Source: a virus
Strand: one strand, 5' to 3'
DNA: 64,000 nt
IMG/VR virus record: IMGVR_UViG_3300028840_003906
The translations under genes and the position numbers were made by a program. The notes below the pieces were generated by a model. The model saw nothing but the letters and a program-made list of their open reading frames with translations, did not search any database and was not told where the DNA came from. Within the stretch, counting starts at the first letter, position 1; each line of letters begins with the position of its first letter. Shown here one piece after another: positions 51,109 through 57,815 of this stretch.

Positions 51109-51121
51109 TGTTCTTTGACAA
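51109..51121 (+). promoter_or_regulatory. boxA-like antitermination site
   Basis: TGTTCTTTGACAA 15 nt before the first tRNA; resembles rrn boxA (TGCTCTTTAACA). Confidence 0.55.
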
Positions 51122-51135
51122 CTTACGTTCCAGAC

Positions 51136-51208
51136 GGCTCCATGGACTAATGGTTAGGTCAGCGGCCTTTCACGTCGCTAGTGGCGGGTTCGAGTCCCCC
51201 TGGAGTCA
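51136..51208 (+). tRNA. trnE: tRNA-Glu(TTC)
   Basis: Cloverleaf; anticodon arm GCGGC-CTTTCAC-GTCGC. Confidence 0.9.
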
Positions 51209-51212
51209 ATTT

Positions 51213-51291
51213 GGCTCCTTAGCTCAGTTGGTTTTAGAGCGCTGGCCTGTTAAGCCAGAGTGCGTGAGTTCAAGTCTCACAGGGGCCTCCA
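51213..51291 (+). tRNA. trnN: tRNA-Asn(GTT), CCA encoded
   Basis: CTGGC-CTGTTAA-GCCAG. Confidence 0.92.
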
Positions 51292-51292
51292 T

Positions 51293-51365
51293 GCTGGATT
51301 AGCTCAGCAGGCAGAGCACCTCCTTCGTAACGAGGATGTCGCCGGTTCGATTCCGGCATCCAGCC
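51293..51365 (+). tRNA. trnT: tRNA-Thr(CGT)
   Basis: GCTGGAT/ATCCAGC acceptor; loop TTCGTAA. Confidence 0.85.
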
Positions 51366-51380
51366 ATATGAAAAAGGCAA

Positions 51381-51463
51381 GCTGGAGTCGCCTAGTGGTT
51401 GATGGCACTGGATTTGTAATCCAGAGGCGAAAGCCCGCGTCGGTTCGAATCCGGCCTCCAGCT
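51381..51463 (+). tRNA. tRNA with TGT (Thr) anticodon and class-II long variable arm
   Basis: CTGGA-TTTGTAA-TCCAG; variable arm GGC-GAAA-GCC; 3-bp D-stem. Confidence 0.85.
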
Positions 51464-51468
51464 CTGAC

Positions 51469-51554
51469 GGACCGATACTCAAGTGGTCAACGAGATCTGA
51501 CTTTTAATCAGATGCCTTTGTGCTTCGAGGGTTCGAATCCCTCTCGGTCCTCCA
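51469..51554 (+). tRNA. tRNA with TTT (Lys) anticodon and class-II long variable region, CCA encoded
   Basis: TCTGA-CTTTTAA-TCAGA; 14-nt variable region; 3-bp D-stem CTC/GAG; T73. Confidence 0.85.
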
Positions 51555-51557
51555 AAT

Positions 51558-51629
51558 GCCTCTGCGATGTGACTGGTCGCATGCGAGATTTCCAATCTCG
51601 ACGAGTCGGTTCGAGTCCGGCCAGGGGCT
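51558..51629 (+). tRNA. trnG: tRNA-Gly(TCC)
   Basis: CGAGA-TTTCCAA-TCTCG; T73. Confidence 0.88.
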
Positions 51630-51630
51630 C

Positions 51631-51703
51631 AGAAGCGTAGATCAATTGGTAGATCACAAGCTTTTGGTGCTTGGTGTTGTGGGTTCAAGTCCCACCGCTT
51701 CTT
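51631..51703 (+). tRNA. trnQ: tRNA-Gln(TTG)
   Basis: CAAGC-TTTTGGT-GCTTG. Confidence 0.88.
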
Positions 51704-51709
51704 TTGAAT

Positions 51710-51782
51710 GGGGCTGTAGCTCAATTGGGAGAGCGCTTCGCTTGCACCGAAGATGTCGCAGGTTCGATTCCTGTCAGCTCCA
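51710..51782 (+). tRNA. trnA: tRNA-Ala(TGC)
   Basis: CTTCG-CTTGCAC-CGAAG; G3:U70. Confidence 0.93.
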
Positions 51783-51804
51783 CCGACGAACTTTAGTTCG
51801 TCAT

Positions 51805-51878
51805 TGATCCGTAGCTCAGTGGATAAGAGCACCTCTCTCCGGAAGAGGGTGTCGTAGGTTCGATTCCTACCGGGTCAG
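51805..51878 (+). tRNA. trnR: tRNA-Arg(CCG)
   Basis: CCTCT-CTCCGGA-AGAGG. Confidence 0.9.
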
Positions 51879-51883
51879 AAAAC

Positions 51884-51959
51884 GCCCCTGTAGGCTAGTG
51901 GATAAAACCGCAGCGCTACGGACGCTGAATCGCTGGTTCGAGTCCAGCCGGGGGTGCCA
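51884..51959 (+). tRNA. trnR: tRNA-Arg(ACG), CCA encoded
   Basis: CAGCG-CTACGGA-CGCTG. Confidence 0.9.
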
Positions 51960-51960
51960 G

Positions 51961-52031
51961 CGGGCCATAGCTCGAAGGTCGAGCGCCGTTCTCATAAATC
52001 GGTGGTGAAGGTTCGATTCCTTCTGGCCTGA
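51961..52031 (+). tRNA. tRNA-CAT (elongator Met or Ile2)
   Basis: CCGTT-CTCATAA-ATCGG. Confidence 0.8.
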
Positions 52032-52036
52032 AACAT

Positions 52037-52109
52037 CGGGGCATAGCTCAGCTGGGAGAGCGGGGGCCTTACAAGCCTCAGGTCGCAGGTTCGATCCCTG
52101 CTGCCCTGA
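52037..52109 (+). tRNA. trnV: tRNA-Val(TAC)
   Basis: GGGGC-CTTACAA-GCCTC. Confidence 0.92.
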
Positions 52110-52228
52110 CTGTTTTCCTGGATTCGTCCAGGTGGGTTTTCTGGCTTGACACGATTTGTGGCTATGGTAGCTCTTGATGCAGAGAGACAGGCATCGAGGC
52201 ACGTGTTGAGAGAGAAAAGGAGATAGTT

Positions 52229-52567
52229 ATGATTTTGAAAATAAAACAGCAGAGTCAGGAAGATGGTGTGTCGGATCGCTGGTGGGTCCTCGGTGAGATT
52301 GCCAAGGTCAGCTATGCGATGGAGCCGATGGAGGGTTTCTACGTCGGCAACGAGAAGGATCCAAAGACAGACAAACTGCATGCAGACATTGTTCTGGTTA
52401 ATCCCATGGCGTCAGTCAAGGATGACGAACTTCAAACGGTTCCTGTTAATCGGATCGTTGCCAGGGATATTCGTGACAAGGAAACGGTGATTCTCTTCAA
52501 TACGGTTGCATATTTGTGCAACGATCGTGGAGAGACCATAGAGAAGATCGTCGGAAATCACTGGTAG
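52229..52567 (+). CDS. hypothetical protein embedded in tRNA array
   Basis: AAGGAG SD, 112 aa. Confidence 0.65.
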   Translation: MILKIKQQSQEDGVSDRWWVLGEIAKVSYAMEPMEGFYVGNEKDPKTDKLHADIVLVNPMASVKDDELQTVPVNRIVARDIRDKETVILFNTVAYLCNDRGETIEKIVGNHW

Positions 52568-52615
52568 GTAGCAGCCTTCTGTCTGTCTCTCTTTTTTTGT
52601 AATCGGTAAGTGTTT

Positions 52616-52689
52616 CCGGGATTAGTTCAGCCTGGAGGAACGCTCGCTTTGGGAGCGAGAGGTCGCAGGTTCAAATCCTGCATCCCGGA
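52616..52689 (+). tRNA. trnP: tRNA-Pro(TGG)
   Basis: CTCGC-TTTGGGA-GCGAG. Confidence 0.92.
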
Positions 52690-52700
52690 CTGTTTGAGAT

Positions 52701-52774
52701 GGTGCATTCGCGTAGTGGTCTATCGCACCGGCCTGTCACGTCGGATTTCACGGGTTCGAATCCCGTATGCACCG
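52701..52774 (+). tRNA. trnD: tRNA-Asp(GTC)
   Basis: CCGGC-CTGTCAC-GTCGG. Confidence 0.92.
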
Positions 52775-52775
52775 C

Positions 52776-52848
52776 CGAGGAGTAGAGCATTGGATGACTC
52801 GCTTGCTTCGGGAGCAAGACCAAGCTGGTTCGATTCCAGTCTCCTCGA
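52776..52848 (+). tRNA. trnP: tRNA-Pro(CGG)
   Basis: CTTGC-TTCGGGA-GCAAG. Confidence 0.85.
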
Positions 52849-52851
52849 AAC

Positions 52852-52924
52852 GGATCCGTAGGCTAGTGGATGAAACCGGTCGGCTTCTACCCGACTCTCC
52901 CCCGTTCGAATCGGGGCGGATCCT
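52852..52924 (+). tRNA. trnR: tRNA-Arg(TCT)
   Basis: GTCGG-CTTCTAC-CCGAC. Confidence 0.85.
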
Positions 52925-52928
52925 CTCT

Positions 52929-53002
52929 CCCAGGATGGCCAAGTCTGGTAAGGCACGCCTCTCATACGGGCGGTATCGCAGGTTCAAATCCTGCTCCTGG
53001 GA
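52929..53002 (+). tRNA. tRNA-CAT (Met or Ile2; lacks initiator hallmarks)
   Basis: CGCCT-CTCATAC-GGGCG; C1:G72 paired. Confidence 0.82.
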
Positions 53003-53007
53003 CTGAT

Positions 53008-53081
53008 TGCCTCGTAGCTCAGGGGACAAGAGCAGAGGATTCCTAATCCTCGTGTCGGCGGTTCGATTCCGTCCGGGGCAG
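53008..53081 (+). tRNA. trnR: tRNA-Arg(CCT)
   Basis: GAGGA-TTCCTAA-TCCTC. Confidence 0.9.
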
Positions 53082-53091
53082 CAAGCGGGGA

Positions 53092-53820
53092 TTATTCTTC
53101 TTTGGCGTACACGCCGGGGGAGTGGGTGACGGACTCTGTCACAGGCTCGGTCTCTGGGATCCCCTTTAGTTCGGACAGGACGCCTTTGGTGGCTTCCTTG
53201 AGTTCCTTCAGAAGGTCGAGGTATTCGTGGTTTGGCATGCTGTAGTGGTGCTTTATTCGTTCTAGGAATTCGATTTTCTGGGAGAGGCCAGAGTTCCTCA
53301 TGACGCATCCTACGCCAGTTTGGTGGTGCCAGAATTTGCATCCGGCTGCAAAGCGCCATGTGGAGCTTCTTTCGTCCCGAGAGAAATATCGTGTCTCGTT
53401 GTCGAAGATGCAGTCACCGAGGAGGTAGAACGCAATCTCGACATGCTTGATGGCTGGCCCAAGGCAGAACTCGCGGACATTGGTGTCGAAGCTCCTGTCG
53501 ATGTTCCATTCCTTGACTGCTTCTGCCGCGTTTCTTCGGATTTCTTCGAGGTACCACTGGTTGAGCTGGAAGATCTTGTCTGTGACGAAGGAGTCCCATT
53601 CCTTGTCGAACGTCTCGACGAACTCTTCGTTCCTGTGCGGGCTTGGGGTGGTGGCTTTCAGCCATTTTTCGTGACCTTCGCGCATCGCCTTGTCGTGGTG
53701 AGACCAGTCCAGCTTGTAGAGCACGGCTGATGACCCTTTCCCTTCAACAGGGTACAGGTCGTCCGCTCGGCCAAGCCTGACGATCTTTGGAAAACTCAAT
53801 GGGGATTTCAGTGAAAGCAT
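53092..53820 (-). CDS. hypothetical protein
   Basis: ATG 53820 with GGAGGT SD in ORF 53092..53889. Confidence 0.7.
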   Translation of the reverse strand: MLSLKSPLSFPKIVRLGRADDLYPVEGKGSSAVLYKLDWSHHDKAMREGHEKWLKATTPSPHRNEEFVETFDKEWDSFVTDKIFQLNQWYLEEIRRNAAEAVKEWNIDRSFDTNVREFCLGPAIKHVEIAFYLLGDCIFDNETRYFSRDERSSTWRFAAGCKFWHHQTGVGCVMRNSGLSQKIEFLERIKHHYSMPNHEYLDLLKELKEATKGVLSELKGIPETEPVTESVTHSPGVYAKEE

Positions 53821-54006
53821 GACGTTACCTCCGTCGTTGTAATGATGCCACGACCCTCGTGGCGTTCCCGAACGATCTATTTCTGTCACATCGGAGTTGT
53901 CGTGTCAATGCCAGAGGCAGCAGGAGGCGATTCCTTGGCCTCTTATTTGTATTTGGAGCGTGGGTTGTGATTTCCGAGAAAACGGCGAGGTTTGGCGTGT
54001 GCTTGC

Positions 54007-54291
54007 TCAGTCGGCTGGATCTTTACCGTCTTTGATGATCTGGATCGCGCGATGGATCGGGAGGTTGAACTTTTCCTCGATGATGACCATGTCGGCTTTT
54101 TCCCATCGGTGGCCAAATCGCACGTCCCGGCAAATGTCTCCTTCGACGACGGTGACGTGCCCGCATACGCGCAGGTAGCTTCTTCCGGTTGCGAACCCTC
54201 GCTCGACGCTTGTGTTATTGCAGGTCTTTTCACCGGGGAGCATGGATTCTAGTATTTCTTTGACTTTTTCGAGTTTCTCTTCTGGGCTCAT
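54007..54291 (-). CDS. hypothetical protein
   Basis: AAGGA SD, 94 aa. Confidence 0.6.
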   Translation of the reverse strand: MSPEEKLEKVKEILESMLPGEKTCNNTSVERGFATGRSYLRVCGHVTVVEGDICRDVRFGHRWEKADMVIIEEKFNLPIHRAIQIIKDGKDPAD

Positions 54292-54305
54292 TTGTGATTT
54301 CCTTT

Positions 54306-54440
54306 CTAGTCTGCGTTCCAGCCTTCGGATACTCCGAACGCGAAGACTTCTGCTGTGTACCCGAGGATGTACCCGAGGATGAACAGCGGGGAGAATGCGA
54401 CTCTGACGATGGTTCTCAGGATTTTTCGGGTGGTTTTCAT
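54306..54440 (-). CDS. small membrane peptide (44 aa)
   Basis: GGAGG SD; MKTTRKILRTIVRVAFSPLFILGYILGYTAEVFAFG. Confidence 0.5.
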   Translation of the reverse strand: MKTTRKILRTIVRVAFSPLFILGYILGYTAEVFAFGVSEGWNAD

Positions 54441-54471
54441 TCTGTCCTCCTTCCGGCGAACTTGGGTTCGC

Positions 54472-55266
54472 TCAGATGAATACGCAGTTGCCCTCTTCGT
54501 GACGGATGAAATCCTCTCCGAACATCTCCATCCACTGTTCCTTGGTCGTTTTGTAGTCTGCGAACGTGGTCGCGTTCTCGGCGCACCATTCGGCCAGTGC
54601 TTCTGCGGACTCGAAGACGGGGCTCTGGGGCGAGCCTTCAGAAGTCGTTTCCCAGAGTTGGAAGCCCTCGCCTTCGGGTGGATCTTTGCGATCCCAGGCG
54701 TCGTTCTTCTCCTTGTGCTCCTTGCTGTCGAAGATCTCTCCTTTGCCCTTGCATTCTTGGCATTCGACTTCGATGCCCCTCTCCTTGCACTTCTTCTTGA
54801 TGAGGACGTGTGCGCACAAAGGATTCAGCCCGAATCCTGTCCTGTCGTACTCGGCGAGTTCATCCGGCGTAGGGATGTAGCCGTTGTTGAACTTGAGCCA
54901 TGAGTTTCCGCCCTCTTCCTTCTGCTTGCGGACGATCTCGCGTTGCTCTTCGTTGATCGGCACCCGGGTGAAGTCCCAGAGGAGATCGGACTTAGCCAGA
55001 ATCTCGGCCTCCTCCTGGGTGAGGTTCTGGCTCCATGCGTTCGCATTGTATCGACGGGTTTTCTCCTCGTCGACCCAGACCCATTTTTCGTCGTGGTATC
55101 CGTACCATTGCAGGAGCAGCAGTTTGGCCAGTGGACTGTAGCCGAGTCCTATGCCGTCGCCGCATTCCGGGCACTTCCTCGGTCGGTGCGGATTGATGTA
55201 CCCTTTCCAGGTTTTATTGAGCGGCCAATCGAAATCCATGGGCACTCTTCTCAGCTCTCTTCCCAT
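54472..55266 (-). CDS. conserved phage protein (MGRELRRVP...FQLWETTSEGSPQSPVF family) with split CxxC-CxxC
   Basis: Motif family recalled from phage/prophage hypotheticals; CPEC and CQEC. Confidence 0.75.
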   Translation of the reverse strand: MGRELRRVPMDFDWPLNKTWKGYINPHRPRKCPECGDGIGLGYSPLAKLLLLQWYGYHDEKWVWVDEEKTRRYNANAWSQNLTQEEAEILAKSDLLWDFTRVPINEEQREIVRKQKEEGGNSWLKFNNGYIPTPDELAEYDRTGFGLNPLCAHVLIKKKCKERGIEVECQECKGKGEIFDSKEHKEKNDAWDRKDPPEGEGFQLWETTSEGSPQSPVFESAEALAEWCAENATTFADYKTTKEQWMEMFGEDFIRHEEGNCVFI

Positions 55267-55275
55267 TTTTTTCTC

Positions 55276-55809
55276 CTATGAAACGAGCTGGAACAGCTCG
55301 TCGGTTGTGAGTTCTTCGTCCTGGAGTTTCATCGTTGTGGCCGAGATCAGGTCTTCGAGTTTGATCTTCGACCATTTCTTTGCTTCCTCGGGAGTGAGCC
55401 CGAGCAGCAGCGCCATAGCAATCTTGACCTTCGAGTTGCCGACCATCTTGGGTCCGGTAACGCTCAGTATCATCGGATTGCCTGGGGCGTACTCCGCGAC
55501 CTGGTCGATGACTTCGTTGTCGATCTTGCTGACCTGCCCCCATGCCCAGATGGCCCTCAGGATCGGTTGCATCTCTTCCTTGGGTCCTTCGAGCCAGGTT
55601 GTGTCATGGCAGGACAGCACGTCCGTCTCGATCTTGACCGAGATGGATCCGTTCATTCTTTCGGTGACGTCCGTGATCTTGCCACCGTATCCGAGTTCGA
55701 ACTCAAAGAGGGTGATCATGGCCTGGTCCAGTGTGATCTCGGACTTCGGCGGGACGTTCTTGAAGGTGTTCTCGAACGGCTTTTTTCGCTCTCCGTATCT
55801 CGTCAGCAT
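55276..55809 (-). CDS. hypothetical protein
   Basis: ATG 55809 with GAGGGA SD overlapping upstream stop. Confidence 0.65.
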   Translation of the reverse strand: MLTRYGERKKPFENTFKNVPPKSEITLDQAMITLFEFELGYGGKITDVTERMNGSISVKIETDVLSCHDTTWLEGPKEEMQPILRAIWAWGQVSKIDNEVIDQVAEYAPGNPMILSVTGPKMVGNSKVKIAMALLLGLTPEEAKKWSKIKLEDLISATTMKLQDEELTTDELFQLVS

Positions 55810-56192
55810 TTTTCTTCCCTCCTGATTTTTTCGATATACTCGTCGCATACTTTTTTCGCTTGCCTGAGGGAGCATCCGGTCCGCTTTCTGTATCTTGCGA
55901 TTGCGTAAATTCTGTGTTTGGACGCAAGCCTTGATCTGAACCCGGCATGTGGAATGCCGTCCAGGGCCTGCATCTCTCTTCTTTCGAGCAGGGCGGGGTT
56001 TTTGGGGTCGAACGGCGTCTCCGGATCGATAAATGCCCGGTGGTTCTGGACGCCTTGGCGGACGAACTCAAGTTCGTGGAGTGCTCCACGGCATTGCTCG
56101 TCTTCCATGGACTGCAGCACTTTGTGATAGTGGGCGATCCTCGTGTCGAGGAAGGCGAGTAGTTTCTCGGTATTGATCGTGTCATCCTTCAT
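55803..56192 (-). CDS. hypothetical protein with ribosomal L7/L12 C-terminal-like motif
   Basis: RIYAIARYRKRTGCSLRQAKKVCD resembles KI-AIK-R-TG-L-EAK-VD. Confidence 0.55.
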   Translation of the reverse strand: MKDDTINTEKLLAFLDTRIAHYHKVLQSMEDEQCRGALHELEFVRQGVQNHRAFIDPETPFDPKNPALLERREMQALDGIPHAGFRSRLASKHRIYAIARYRKRTGCSLRQAKKVCDEYIEKIRREEKC

Positions 56193-56313
56193 TGTCTTCT
56201 CCGTCCTCGGTTTCGATCATTCCGGATGCGCTCGTGTACTCGCCGCACTCCGGGCAGTAGATGTAGTCTGTCAGGAACATGCAACCGCAATTCTGACACT
56301 CGTACTTGATCAT
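56182..56313 (-). CDS. small zinc-ribbon protein (43 aa)
   Basis: MIKYECQNCG-x9-CPECG; AGGAG SD. Confidence 0.6.
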   Translation of the reverse strand: MIKYECQNCGCMFLTDYIYCPECGEYTSASGMIETEDGEDNEG

Positions 56314-56322
56314 CGTCTTCTC

Positions 56323-56583
56323 CTATCGACCGACGCCGGTACCGGAGACTCCGTTCGGCAGGAAGCGCTCGGCCAGGGCATGCAGCTCTTCCAGGGAGAG
56401 CGTGATGGCGTGCTCCTCGACGAGTCCCTTCTTGGTAATGGAGACGCCGTGGTCGGATTCGATCGCGAATCCGTGGTCGACGACGATGCCTCTCTCCTCT
56501 GGGATCTCTTTTCCGGTTTCGTCGACGACCTTGTCGCCGAGTTTCCAATTCAGCATGTCTGATCCTGCGTAGTGCTTTGCCAT
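56323..56583 (-). CDS. hypothetical protein
   Basis: GGAAGGA SD just downstream of a strong promoter. Confidence 0.6.
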   Translation of the reverse strand: MAKHYAGSDMLNWKLGDKVVDETGKEIPEERGIVVDHGFAIESDHGVSITKKGLVEEHAITLSLEELHALAERFLPNGVSGTGVGR

Positions 56584-56628
56584 TTTCTTGTTTCCTTCCT
56601 CCGGGCATCTTGCTCGGCATCTGTGAAG

Positions 56629-56657
56629 ACATTAAGCCGGTTTTTAAGGTTTGTCAA
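56629..56657 (-). promoter_or_regulatory. sigma70-type early promoter
   Basis: TTGACA-17 nt-TAATGT on - strand. Confidence 0.7.
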
Positions 56658-56699
56658 CAAAAGATTCGAAGAAAAGTGCGGCTTCATAAGCGTTTGAGA

Positions 56700-57784
56700 T
56701 GTTTGCGTTTACGTGGAATGTTTCTGTTTCCTGATATGGCTTCGATCAGAAAAAATGTTTCATTCGTTCCATATGGTTGCTCGTTGTCCCTTGTGTTTCC
56801 GTTTTCCTAGATGGATCTCGGTCGTGATTAATGCTTCCGTCTGCCGTTCTGCCTGCGATTCACATGGTTGTTTCGCTCCTGCACTGTGTCTGCTCTGACT
56901 CCTTTTGGTTCATTTCAGCATGATGGATACGATCGAGAGTCTTGCTTCTGTCGGTCAACTCGTCTCACCTTCCATTATTCTGGTTCATTAATGCCACCTG
57001 GGTGCGCTCCAGTTTTGTGGTTCTCTTTCCGGAAATGGCTTCGATCGAGAGATATGGTTCCGTCGCTGTGGTTGGCTTCGTTTCAGCGTTATGGTTCCAT
57101 TGCCACGCCTGACTACTCTTCATCCTTTGGGATCCGTCACGTCGATTGGATTCACTCTCAACACTTGCTTCCGTCATTCGTCATGGCTCCGATCCGCGCA
57201 ACTGTTTCTATCTGGCCTTCTGTCTTCGAATGAGCGGTTTGACTCCATCGATTTTACTGTCTTCGATCGCACACCATGTTTTTGTCGTGAGTGTTGGCTT
57301 CGATTCGTTGTGTTGATTCTCTCTGGATCCATGTCTTCGTTTTGATCACTTGGTTCCGTCTAATATCATGGCTGGTTCTGAAACCATGCTTCTGTCCGGG
57401 TACATGTCTTCGATCGGGTGACTTGGTTCTTTCTGTTTTTATGTCTTCGATCTCCGAGTGTGGTTCGGTCTTGGAAGATGTCTTCGATCAACCCACTTGT
57501 TTCATTTCCACAAGATGTCTTCGATCAGAGATCGTGTTTTTGTCGTGGATGATGTCTTCGATCACGAGCTTTGGTTCTTTTACGCAGACTGTCTTCGAAT
57601 CTTCTACTTGGTTCGTTCAAGCAGCGTGTCTTCGATCGTATTCTTTGTTTCTGTCGTCGAAAGTGTCTTCGATCATGAGCAGTGGTTCTTTTACCTAGAC
57701 TGTCTTCGTTCGGGCATCGTGTTTCCGTCAGGAAGATTGTCTTCGATCACCGAGCATGTTTCAGTTGTTTCCCGTGTCTGGTTT
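56700..57784 (-). repeat. TIGR-like tandem interspaced guide array: about 29 units of 37 nt (repeat A + 9-nt spacer + repeat B + 9-nt spacer)
   Basis: Plus-strand repeat A (TGTCTTCGAT/TGGCTTCGAT) at 57775, 57738, 57701, 57664, 57627, 57590, 57553, 57516, 57479, 57442, 57405 ... 56737, 56700; repeat B (TGKTTCYGT) about 19 nt downstream of each; variable spacers. Confidence 0.9.
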
Positions 57785-57815
57785 TCAAAGAGCAATGCGA
57801 ACTTGAGTTCGTTTT

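Noticed and set aside
51381-51463. Calling this tRNA-Tyr(GTA)
   Set aside because: With a 5-bp stem and 7-nt loop (TTTGTAA) the anticodon is TGT; the discriminator is T, not A.
56700-57784. CRISPR array
   Set aside because: Repeats are only 9-11 nt, of two alternating types, with 9-nt spacers; no cas genes; does not fit CRISPR geometry.
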